From Diplonema japonicum (taxonomy: Eukaryota; Protista; Euglenozoa: Diplonemea), in the NCBI GenBank assembly GCA_964019335.1, contig OZ025653.1, positions 558,001 to 622,000 of the forward strand: a stretch of DNA of 64,000 nucleotides. Reading direction: 5' to 3'. The notes beneath the pieces are model-generated. The model worked only from the letters and a program-made list of their open reading frames with translations. It searched no databases and was not told where the DNA came from. The first letter of the stretch is position 1, and each line of letters begins with the position of its first letter. The translations under genes were made by a program, and so were the position numbers. Positions 1-10,411 of the stretch are shown in pieces.

Positions 1-839
1 AGAATGGGGTATCTTTCGGGGCTTTCAAGCGAAAACAGTTTGCAAGCCTCGCTGCTGGAGAGCAGTTGATAATAACAGTGGAAAAGCCGTTCCTGAAGCC
101 CGCAGGATATGACACGGGACTGTTCGAGGAGGTAGCTGGTAGTGAGCGCACCGCAGATCTGACCGGACGCATCGAACTGTACTTGAAGGAATTTCCCGAA
201 GCGGGACGAATTGTCATTCCGAACAGTCTTAGCGTTCCCGAACGTCTCGAGCACAGGGGAGGTAGCGGTGATGCGAGTATGCAGTGTGCGTGAAAGATCG
301 GACCCCGAGGTACGGGAGCAGCTCAGCTCACCAAGAAACCGCAGGACCAACTTCACAGCTTCTGTTTTCCCTGCACCAGAATCACCGGAAACAAGAACAG
401 TCTGACTCTGCTGGGTGTCCATCATGCTCTGGTACACATCACGTCCTGTGCGCCACACGTGGGGTAGAACATCGCTATCTGCAAGGCAGTACTTCGGCAT
501 CTGATCAGAAGAGTACCAAGGAATGTTGAACGTGAAAGGGTTTATAGATAATGATATCCTGCCTATATCAGTGTAGGTGACATTCTTAGTGAATCGCCTC
601 TTTACTGCTTGTAGCAAGTGGCCTTCGTGTAGTTCTGTCAGGTCTAGTAAGTCGTGTGGCTCCTCTTCACACAGTGATACATTCATTACTGCGTGAACGA
701 GCTCCAGCCTCGTTGTTACCTCCTCACCCTCATCTTCACATGGTTGCACGGCCACTTCATTTCCATCCACGCGAAGGATGCTCCCATAAGACCAGCTTGC
801 CTTTGGAGACACGTATAGAACTAGCTGCCCACTCTTCAT
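1..839 (-). CDS. Myosin heavy chain, N-terminal part of the motor domain (runs off the window start)
   Basis: Not in the ORF track. Manual translation from ATG 839 gives MKSGQLVLYVSPKASWSYG...DLLDLTELHEGHLLQAVKRRF...SINPF, P-loop VSGDSGAGKTE, LETFGNAKTVRNDNSSRFGKF and YLLEQSRV, all myosin motor signatures. Confidence 0.95.
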   Translation of the reverse strand, partial: MKSGQLVLYVSPKASWSYGSILRVDGNEVAVQPCEDEGEEVTTRLELVHAVMNVSLCEEEPHDLLDLTELHEGHLLQAVKRRFTKNVTYTDIGRISLSINPFTFNIPWYSSDQMPKYCLADSDVLPHVWRTGRDVYQSMMDTQQSQTVLVSGDSGAGKTEAVKLVLRFLGELSCSRTSGSDLSRTLHTRITATSPVLETFGNAKTVRNDNSSRFGKFLQVQFDASGQICGALTTSYLLEQSRVISCGLQERLFHCYYQLLSSSEACKLFSLESPERYPI

Positions 840-3687
840 TTGTGCATTTTCTGGTGGTGTTTTGCCTGAAGGGAGGGGGGTTGATATTTCGATAGAAATG
901 AAAAGTGAGGGGGGGGAGGAAAAAAAAGTAATAAAAAAAATCTGGAGAAAGAGCGAGTGAATGAGAAAAAGAAAAGAAAAACAGGAAAAAAAAAAGTGGG
1001 ATGAAGGAAAGGGAGAATGGAGTAAATGCAACTTTCCATAAAGATGCAGATAGGTGGGAAGGGAAAAAAAAAAAAAAAAAAAAAAGCAAGAGATGGGGCT
1101 GGGACGAGATTAAAAAAAAAAAAAGAAAAAAAAAAAAAAAGGCACTACTATTTTTTTTTGTATCCTGTCTTTTTTTTTTTATTGTTTTTTTTTTTTGTTT
1201 GTCATTCATGTAAAAGATATGGGGCATAACTCTTTTTTAAGTAAAAAAAAAGCGTTATAAAAAAAATGTGGTTTTTTTTTAAAGGGTTTTTCTTTTTCTC
1301 ACGATATCTTTTGCAAACTTTTTTAAAAATTGGTTCATTTTTTGTCGTCAGCCTAGAACTAGCTGTTTCTATTCCACAGGAACAGATAAGTTTTTTTTTT
1401 ATTAGAGTAAAAAAAAAAGGGGGAGGAATGTTGAATAATTGATGCTAAAAATTGTCCAATAAGATAGAAAGGAAAAAAAAAAAATGTAAACAAAAATAAA
1501 AAATGGAATAGAGAGAGGGACACCCAGGGCAAAGTTATAGTGGGTTAGGAGGGGGAAAAGAAGGGAGGGGGGATATGATGCCCAGTGAGTGAATAAGAAA
1601 AGAGTGGCTTCACTGTGACTATAGAACCCCCCGAAGGGCATTCCAATTAAGGCACAGAGAAAGAAGGGGAAGAAAAAGAAAAAAAAGTAATGGTTGAATA
1701 TATAAATGGATGAACATGTGAGTCGAACTTGAGCATCATCTCTTTTGATTCATTATTCCTCCACAGGAAGGAGAAAAAAACCCTTTTTTTTTTTTAAATG
1801 TTTTCATGAACATAAATTGTACAGCAGAGAAGGAAAAGTAAAAGTTAAAGGTAAGGATGAGAACATTCTTTTTTTTTTTTTTTTTTTCCTGTTCCCCTCC
1901 CTGTTTCCTTTAATATTTTCTTTTAAATTTTCTTTTTCATTTTTTTTAAATAATTTTTGTACAGCCAAAAAAAAAAACTGTTACAAATCGACCCCGTCAT
2001 TGGAATTTTTCTTTGTTAAAAAAACCATTGAAGTTGAATAGTATTGATAAAAGGGTTGAAATGGGTTTTTTTTTTTTGTGTTTTCTTTTCTTTCTTTTTT
2101 TTTTTTAAATTATATTTCTTTGTTCTTCAAGTTGTGAACACGGGATATTTCTCTGTTCACATTATGAAGCAAGCAAGGGAGGGAGAAAGCAATGATAGGT
2201 TCTTTCTACCATCATCGCCCCCCTACTTCCTTTCCTTCCCACCGAAAGAAGAAAGGGTACAACAGTGCAGACCAATCACATTAGATATCACCTGTAGTGG
2301 TTGCTGTCTGCATTTGCCCTCTTTTCTTAAAGACATTAAAAAGCAAAAAAGAAAAAAAAAAAAAAAAAAAAGAAGGTCGTGTGCACAAAAGTACACAACA
2401 AAACAAAGGGAAGGAAGTCATTTTTTTTTAAAATATGTTTTTTAAGAAAAAAATTGCTGTTTTTTTTTTTTTTTTTTTTTTTTATTTTTTTTTATTTAAT
2501 CCCCCGGATACCAATGACAAAGGAGAGAAAGGAAGAAAAAAAAAAAAAAATGGGGTAGGTAAAAGAATTAAGGAGAGATAGAGAAAAGAGAATGGGTAAA
2601 AGCACCGCTTCATCTTCTCTCTGTCTCTCCCTTTTTTTTTTCTTTTCGGGAAGGGAAAGCCGCCACTGCCGGGGCTCGTGTTTCTACCCAGCCTCTGCAC
2701 ACGTCAAAAATGGGTTGTTCCCCCTATCCCTTTCCTCCCTCCTTCTTTTTTCTTCCACTTAAAAAATAAGAAGAAGAAAAAGAAAAGGAGGGGGAAAAAG
2801 AAGGGGCCCTGACAGGCGAAAATAGGCTGCGCTCTTCTCGGAGCCATTTGTCCAGCGGGCGTATTTTTGGGAAAGAGAGGGAGAGAGAGGGAGGCAGGAA
2901 AGATGGTAGGCGAAGTGACTATACTAAACTCCCTTTGCATTTCTTTTTTTTTTTTTTTTTTTTGTAAACCTAACCATTTTTAATATTTTTCCCGCGATTT
3001 TTTTTCTTCTTTTCCCCCCCCCGTTAACTGAATAATGACAGTTCGTGTTGAAACACTTTTTGTAACGGGGCATCTTTTTTTTTTTTTTTCCTCTCCATTT
3101 TTTTTTTTTTTTTGTATTCTTCTTCATTTACCTGTTCGGTTTTTTTTTTTTTCCTTTTTTTTTTTCGTTTCGTTTTTTTTTTTTTTTTTTTTTTTTTTTT
3201 TCCGTGCTTTCTCCCATGTCAGTACTTGTATTCCAAAATACCATTTTTTCTCAGCCCCCCCGCTTTTTTTTTTTAGAGGCTTCTTTTAAATAATGAATTG
3301 AATTAAAAAAAAGGTGGTGGGGGACTTCTTTTTTTGTCTAAAGCATTGAATCCAGGGATAATATGAATAAAATGTAAAGTAGGGCAAAATAAAATAAACA
3401 AATAAAAGAGGGGGGGGTAGTCGAATGATGATATATATTTCTTCCCCCCCCTCTTCTCTTCTTTCTCTCCTTTGTATTCACTCTTTCAAGCCAATTCTCG
3501 TTTTTTCAAAAGTCCTGTGAAGGCTGAAACCATTTCTGCGGGCAGATTACTCGTGACCTGGCCGCCTTAGGAGTCAAAAAAAAAAAAGCAGAAATTGAAC
3601 TCAGTGAACAGAGGGAAAAAACAATGGGGCAAACTATTTTTTTTTTTATTTCTAAAATACAAGTAGAAAGAGAAGAGGGGCGGGTGT

Positions 3688-3722
<35 letters not shown>

Positions 3723-3772
3723 AGGATTTCAGCAGTAGTTCGTTTCAATTTTTCTTACGTTACTCTCCCACA

Positions 3773-3805
<33 letters not shown>

Positions 3806-4571
3806 CTCTCATTTTTTTTTCTCAAAAAATATTCAAAAGAAAAAAAAAATGACAAGAGAGAGCAACAAGGGGGCACAAAAGGGGTAGGGCGGGGGGGAAA
3901 AAACAATAAACTTCTCAGCAAGTGCTTGATCAGCTCCTTCTTGCCTACCCTTAGCTCAAGTACTTTTAGTACTTCACAAGAGGGGGAAGAAGCAGTTCCC
4001 AGCCTGGGATGGGGAAAAATAACAAATGGAAAAAAAAAAAAGAAAAATAAACCTGAATAGGGAAGGAAGAAGAATAACAAAATATAAAGGAGGGAAAAAA
4101 AAGGGGGGGGGGGAACTAAAACAAATAAAATAAGATAAAGGCACGAAATCCGTCGGCGATGCAACAGGGAGAAAGAAAAAAAAGAAAGAAAGAAAAAAAA
4201 AAACTGTGAAAACCAAGAACACATGTTTAGGGTGAATTTTTTTTAAAAAAAAAAGGAAATGTATTTCCCATGTGATTTCACTCTTGGTTTGCCACAAAAA
4301 AAAAAGAGAAATCGGAAAAAAAAAAAAAGGAAACGAGAATGAAAAAAAAAAAAAAAAAAGAAAAAAAAAACGTGTATTTGAAAGGAGCCTGCAATGTATG
4401 ACAGGATCGCAAATAAAAACAAGAAAACCATAAAAATGGCGTAGTCTTTTTTTTTCTTTTCTTTTTTTTTCTTCTTTTTTTTTTTTCTCTCTCTCTTTTT
4501 TTTTTTTTTTTTCTTCTCGTTGTTGTTTTTTTTTTTATTTGTTGTGGTTTGTCTAAATCGCATTCTAGCAA

Positions 4572-6032
4572 TCATGCAACAGGGTAAGATGAGTACGGCT
4601 TTTTTTTTTTTTTTTTTTTCCCCTCCCAATTTCCATATACCTGGTACTGAAGAGCGTGCGTTGGCTGCATCGGCTGAGCGTAACTATGTGTGGGCGATAG
4701 GCGCGATGCGTTGTTCGGAGAAGTAGGACCAGAGGTGGGAGTGCAGAACCCGGAGCCTGAGTTGGACTGCCCAAAGGTGGACGAGTCCACAATGGTACGG
4801 AGGTGGGACTTCTCAAAGACCGCCGAATAGGGGGACACTGGCGCTGAAGGCACCATGGACACACCCACCATCGTCTGCTGAGGGTAAAAGAGATCCAAGT
4901 TCTCAGCAGAGCTTGACCTGGAGTGGCTAGCAGCCCGTCTCTCCTCAGCCTCCCTCCTAAGTGTCGGCTGGTACTTGGGCTTGTCCTCTCCGCTGCTGCG
5001 CTCCATGAGGTCATCGATTTCTTGGTCGGTCATCCCGTCCAACTTCTCGTCCTCCTCCTGGTCCTCTAGCGACTCCACATCCCCGTTCTCCGTCACGATG
5101 CTGATTCTCCTCTCGCTCCCGATCGAGGGTGATGAGGCGTTGTCGTCGTTCTTCTCCTCCTCCTGGGGGTGCTGCTGCTGCTTCTCCTGCTTGACGTTCC
5201 CGAAGGTCGACTTGTTCCGCACAAAAAGCGACGCGGGACCTGACAGCGAGGTGGACCCAGCGAAGGGCGATGCGACACCTTCCTCACCTGTTAAGCGTGC
5301 GGTGCAGAGACACAACATACCTGGTGAAGATGCGCAGAAGCTGTTCGAAGCGACTGTAACGTCAAGCGGCGGGGGGCCCTGGCTCCTCATGCTGCCGCTG
5401 CCCTGAGAACTGTGTCTGTCGTCTGTTGTGAAAGATGGCGGGGTGCTTTTCCTGGGTGCCGGGACAGGGGGGGGTGCCATGGTCATGAGCTGCTGAATTG
5501 GCTGCTGGACCTCCTGCGCAGGCTGGACCTCCTGGATCTCCTTGCCCATCTCGTCCATTTCCACTTGCTTAGGGAGCAGGAGCTCTTGCCCGAAGATCAT
5601 TTTCCTTTTTGCCAAGCTCTGTTTGTACCGGTGGATGTGGGGGTTGGGGCACAGTGTCCCCTTTACGCAGGATCCACTCTGGAAGAAGTTCAAGCACTTG
5701 CGAACCTTCTCCGTCTCCGTCTTCCACTGCTCTTGGCACACCCTGCAGCGAAGTGTGATGAAGCCCTTCTTCACACGCACGTTGTCCCAGTTGTTGTGCA
5801 CACACGGGCAGTCGGAGAACGTGTTGGGCGCTGCAGGAGGGATCTTCTCTCTCTTCTTGTTCTTCCTCTTTCTCTTGCTGTTGCTGCTCTTCGAGCTGTT
5901 GCCAGACGATAAGCTGTCTGACCTCAAAACCTCTTCTTGGGCCACTATGTGGCCTTCTGGCATCTGCGGCACCATCTGCGGCATCCCGCCAAGAGACTGG
6001 ACCACTGCCCCTGCTGACTGGACTGCTGTCAT
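4572..6032 (-). CDS. Zinc-finger protein (CxHNxWDNVR..CRxC module plus CCCH finger) with low-complexity tail; 42-nt intron 4599-4640
   Basis: Likely start is MTAVQS at 6032 (the upstream part of the ORF is poly-T UTR). Motifs CVHNNWDNVRVKKGFITLRCRVC and CLNFFQSGSCVKGTLCPNPH. Intron reads GTATAT...A-run-AG. Confidence 0.75.
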   Translation of the reverse strand: MTAVQSAGAVVQSLGGMPQMVPQMPEGHIVAQEEVLRSDSLSSGNSSKSSNSKRKRKNKKREKIPPAAPNTFSDCPCVHNNWDNVRVKKGFITLRCRVCQEQWKTETEKVRKCLNFFQSGSCVKGTLCPNPHIHRYKQSLAKRKMIFGQELLLPKQVEMDEMGKEIQEVQPAQEVQQPIQQLMTMAPPPVPAPRKSTPPSFTTDDRHSSQGSGSMRSQGPPPLDVTVASNSFCASSPGMLCLCTARLTGEEGVASPFAGSTSLSGPASLFVRNKSTFGNVKQEKQQQHPQEEEKNDDNASSPSIGSERRISIVTENGDVESLEDQEEDEKLDGMTDQEIDDLMERSSGEDKPKYQPTLRREAEERRAASHSRSSSAENLDLFYPQQTMVGVSMVPSAPVSPYSAVFEKSHLRTIVDSSTFGQSNSGSGFCTPTSGPTSPNNASRLSPTHSYAQPMQPTHALQYQVYGNWEGKKKKKKKPYSSYPVA

Positions 6033-6670
6033 TTTAATGTTTTCTTTTATGTATTTGTCACTGGAGATGACTTTTTTTCCTTTTTTTTTTTTTCTCGTTG
6101 TCCGGAATAAGGTTTCAAAAATTGGAGAGAAAAAAAAAAAAGGAAGAAATGAAAGAGGGGGGAATGAAAAAAAAAAGGAAAAAGAAAAAAAAAAAAAAGA
6201 AAAAAAAAAAAAAAAAAAAAAGGAAGAAGAAGAAGAGAGAATAACTTTCAAACATGCACAGCTACTGGCCAGAATAACCAGTTGCTTCAGGGAGAAAGAA
6301 ACTTCGATGTTTGTGCAACCCCGAAGACCCCCCTTTGCTTAGCTAAAAAAAAAAAAAAGAAAAAAAAGCTCAATCTTCACCTTGAAAAGGTTACTTTTGA
6401 GAAATAGAAGATAGTGATGTAAGAGAACATGAATGGGAGAATACGTGATCTCGTTCGTGGGTGGGTCAACATTTTCTTTTTTCCTTTTTTTTTTTTTTTT
6501 AATTCAAAAAATAAAAAAAGGATGGGTTCACGGGTCCCCCCCACACACGAGCATCGTTTTTCCTGCAGGTTTTGCAAACCAACACAGCGGTAAGTACTGC
6601 ATTGACAATGTCATATAGGAGAAGGATAAAAAAAAAAAAAAGATTTCTCGAAAGTTTTCGGTGAGCAGAA

Positions 6671-7219
6671 CTACACCACATAATCAACTTTGATGCTGGA
6701 GAACGGCTCTCGACACATAGGACATAATTTTTGCTTAAGAAGGTTGGCGCAGCACGGGTGGAACGCGTGCCTGCACACTTGATGCCCTGTGGAATCTCGG
6801 AATTGAGTCACTTCCACTTCCATCATATCCAGGCAAATGGCACACTCCATATCTATTGGCGTATCTGATTCGGTGGAAGAAGTGCGTTTCTTGCGATGCT
6901 TTTTGACTTTATTTGCTTTTTCAAAAATGTTTAGCTCCATTATTCTCTCATAGCTGGTGCCTAGGAGGTAAGGGGGGGCGGAAGAGCTTGTCTTCTCCCA
7001 CCTGCACCAGCAGAGTTCGCACACCCGTTTTTCTTTAATTTCGTACCCTTCCTCCCATTCTCTTCCTTCGGCCACAACAGGGCAACGCTTCGTGCTGCAG
7101 CCATCGCAGACCACCCTGCCACACCCCCGGCAGTGTGACTTATCCCACCACTCGCCAACATTTTTTCCACAGACCTCACATTCATCCCCATCTCTCCAAA
7201 ACTCACGGCCTCGGAACAT
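6671..7219 (-). CDS. FYVE + RING finger protein
   Basis: WRD..CEVC, HCRGCGRVVCDGC and RVCELC (FYVE); CAIC...CRHAFHPCC...CPMCR (RING). Start taken at MFRGREFW. Confidence 0.85.
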   Translation of the reverse strand: MFRGREFWRDGDECEVCGKNVGEWWDKSHCRGCGRVVCDGCSTKRCPVVAEGREWEEGYEIKEKRVCELCWCRWEKTSSSAPPYLLGTSYERIMELNIFEKANKVKKHRKKRTSSTESDTPIDMECAICLDMMEVEVTQFRDSTGHQVCRHAFHPCCANLLKQKLCPMCREPFSSIKVDYVV

Positions 7220-8756
7220 TTTTTTTTTCCCCTCAAAAAACCTTTCAGTACATAAGTATAATTTATAAAATAAAAAAATATATAAAATAAAAAAAGAGAA
7301 GAAGATCGAGCTAGTACGTATGTATGTAGCACATACCAAACTAGAATGGGAAAGAAAAAAAAAAGAGGTAGAAATTAAAAAAAAAATTCTTTTTTATTTT
7401 TTTTGGTTCGCTTTGCATGACGTGAATAGGTAAGTTTAATGGGAAAATGCAGCGGGCGAACCAATCGAGGTAAAATAGGTAGAGAAAAAGCTAGGGGGAG
7501 GGGGAACTAATGTGTTTGTTAAAAAAAGAAAAGGGTTTGCAGGGGGGGAGGAAGAGGAACCCCCTCCCGTTTTTGTAATAATTTGACCAATAAATAATAT
7601 CTCTAAATTGTGTTTTTTTTTTGTCAGGTTTTACTTATTTTTACGAGAAAAAAAAAAAAAAAAAAAAAAAGAGACATTTAAGGGGACCTGCGGTATGTGA
7701 CAGGACGCCTGAAGAGTCTCAATCTATCTCTTGATCGAACCTTTCTGTTGTGGTGTGGCCTTCGGCCCCTCGTTCACCCTCCTCGGTACCTTAGGTATAA
7801 AACCCTCAACCGAGTTGGTAAGGACACAATAGTTGTACAAAAAAGAAAAAAAAGAAGGTGAAGAAGTGAGGTGAAGCCCTCGATCTTCTCCCTGAAAGTA
7901 TGCAACAAAATAACTTCTAAGACGTTAAAAAAAGGGCAACATGCTTGAAGTGTCTTTTTAAAATCTTTTTTCACAGGGGGGGGAAGGAAGGGAGGGAAGT
8001 AATCGAAGTTCTAAGAACGAACAGAATAGGAACTGGCCTTTGTTTGTACAGGTAAAAACCTGTAAAGTTAAAAGACTCGTTCTTGCAAAAAAAGGGGGTG
8101 TAATAATCACCAAAACAGTATTGGGGTTTTTTTTACTCATTTTTTTTTTGTTCTCCTCCTTATTGCCTACTATTCTTTTAAAATCTGAAAGGAAGCCTGC
8201 CTACAGACGAAGAGGGGGCAGCAAAAAGTTATGGGAAAGACGGGGGAAAAAAAAAATAATTGGAATTGGGAGGGCAAGGAGGGGGAGCAAAGCAGTTTCT
8301 GGGTCAATTTGTTCCTCCAAAAATGACAACAGAATATATGAGAGAAAATCAGCTAAATTAATTAACGAAAAAAAACTCAGGAATGAGCGAAAAGGGTGGG
8401 AAAGGAAAGAAGAAGAAGAAAAAAAATATATATGTATGAGTTTAAGGAGGCCGGTGTTGGCGGCGCCCTGAAAAAAAAAAGGGGGTGTCTTTGAAGGGAG
8501 CCTGCAGTACGCGACAGGATCGCCTAACAAAAAAAGAAAAGAGAAAAAAAAAAAAAAAAAGGAAGAAGGAAACCGTTTCGGTGAATGCAAAAAAGAAAAA
8601 AAGAAGAAGAAAAAAAAAAATATTTATGACTATATGTCTTTGTTATTCGCCTGGCATCTGGCACGGAGGCAGGTGATTCACCCCACTCTCCACCCGCTTT
8701 GGCAGTCTTTCACAAGTTTGCATATAGTTATAACATCATTTTCCCCCTTTTTTTCC

Positions 8757-9392
8757 CTACTCGTCAATGGAATAAGGTGCTTCAGTAAGCCAAGGGTTGG
8801 GAACCACCTTTGTGTAGGAGAATTCCTTTCTGCAAACTGGACAGGTCTTGTTAGACAGAAGATGCATGCACCCAGGGTGGAAGGAGTGCCTGCAAGTTCT
8901 TGCCGTGGGTGTGAAAAATTGGGTAATCTTCGCCTCCAAGGGAGAGAGGCACAAAGCACAGTCGGGGTCGTTTTGGATGCTGAAGAGGGTCACTTCAGCT
9001 GCAGAGTGAATCCAACGGGTTTCCCCCGTGTTTTTGTTATGTTCGTAGATTCGATTTTTGTCCTCGTCAAGGTAGCGCCTCCAGCCGTTCTTTTCCAGTT
9101 GGATGCCCAACTGTTCAATTTTGCATTGTTTTTTTCCGACCAGGAACTTTTCTTCAGGGCTGTCCAGCCAGTTTTCCATACACTTATCGCACACGGCTTT
9201 GTCCTTCACCTCGTAGTCCGGTTCATCCAGTCTCGTAACAGCCACGACCGGACATTTTACCGAGCAGCACTTACTGCAAAACACCTCCCCACATCTTCTG
9301 CAATTGTGCTTCCGCTGAAAAATCGAAAAATCGACCGCACACTTGCTGCACTCGTTACCCGTGACCCAGTGTTCTCTGCCCTTTTTAACCAT
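8757..9392 (-). CDS. FYVE + WW-like + RING finger protein, paralog of 6671-7219
   Basis: RKHNCRRCGEVFCSKC (FYVE); GWRRYLDEDKNRIYEHNKNTGETRW (WW-like); CALC...CRHSFHPGC...CPVCR (RING). Confidence 0.85.
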   Translation of the reverse strand: MVKKGREHWVTGNECSKCAVDFSIFQRKHNCRRCGEVFCSKCCSVKCPVVAVTRLDEPDYEVKDKAVCDKCMENWLDSPEEKFLVGKKQCKIEQLGIQLEKNGWRRYLDEDKNRIYEHNKNTGETRWIHSAAEVTLFSIQNDPDCALCLSPLEAKITQFFTPTARTCRHSFHPGCMHLLSNKTCPVCRKEFSYTKVVPNPWLTEAPYSIDE

Positions 9393-9462
9393 TTTTTTTT
9401 TTTTTTTTTTAAATTCAAGAGCTGCTTTTTTTTTTGTTTTGTTTTTTTTTTTTGTTTTATTT

Positions 9463-10049
9463 CACTCTTCAGAAATTACTTCACGCACTGGGGGGCCCAT
9501 TACTTCACGCTAAATCTCATTACTTCACGGTGAAATAATGGCCTGTTTCCCGTGAAGTAATAGGGGGTTTCCGTTAAATAATATGCCTCGGTAGGCCAAT
9601 TTTTGCCTCGGTTCGGTTCCCAGTGGGGCTACTTTTTCCTTTCAGTTTGCTATTTCCCCCCAGGTTCAGCCCAATTGGCCAACTTTTGCCTCGGCTCACC
9701 AAGTTGGACTACTTTTTCCTCCCAATTTGCCCACTTTTGGCTAGGCCTTGTTCCCAGTTTCTGGGGGTAACTCTTCTGTGGGTAAGGGTAACTTAGTCAG
9801 CTTACCCAAGCTCCCCAAAAGACTTCAAAATACCGAAGCAGCAGAAAAAAAGGAGCCAGCGGCCACGCCAGGTATGGGAAGGCCTGATTAGAGATGGTGA
9901 CAGTGGCAATGCCAGCGACGGCGGCAATGCCCCTCGTGGTGAAGTAATTTCAGAGTGTCGTGAAATAAAACTACTTACCTACCGCCAAGCAATGCTTTAC
10001 CGACCTCGAGGTAACGGTAAAGTCATTACTTGTTGGCAGCAAATAGCTA
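9463..10049 (+). mobile_element. Non-autonomous element with asymmetric inverted repeats and a 3' hairpin (Helentron/Helitron2-like), copy 1
   Basis: Highly similar to 56638-57256. 5' terminal CACTCTTCAGAAATTACTTCAC pairs with subterminal GTGAAGTAATTTCAGAGTG (9939-9957), followed by hairpin CTTTACCG-ACCTCGAGGT-AA-CGGTAAAG. T-runs on both sides, no TSD seen. Confidence 0.65.
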
Positions 10050-10371
10050 TTTTTGTCAACCCCAGAAAAGAGTATATAACTACTGTGATAAAAAAAAAAA
10101 AAAACACGAAGCTATACGAAAGGAAAGAAGAAGGAGAGAGAACGAAAAAGAGAAAAAAGAAATGGCTCTGCTTTCTCCCCAGAAATAAAGGAGCAACTTC
10201 CATCAGTTTGTTTGCTAGAAGAAAAAAAAAAAGGGTGTACGTGGAGGGGGTGGGGCTGATGGAATCATTTCTCTTCTACATTCATTCTCCTCCTTCTTCT
10301 TCTTTTTTTTTCTCTTCCCCCTTTCTACTATGATTTGACGGGAAATAAACAAAAAAACAAAACAAAAAAAA

Positions 10372-10409
<38 letters not shown>

Positions 10410-10411
<2 letters not shown>

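Noticed and set aside
2803-2820. GGGGCCCTGACAGGCG as a fifth copy of the hairpin motif
   Set aside because: Lacks the loop and the conserved tail; could be chance.
850-4570. Many poly-Phe/poly-Lys ORFs
   Set aside because: Products of A/T homopolymers in UTR or intergenic DNA.
8634-9533. Long plus-strand ORFs opposite real genes (also 10335-11156, 30552-31385, 41668-42693, 59704-60696)
   Set aside because: Antisense shadows with no motifs.
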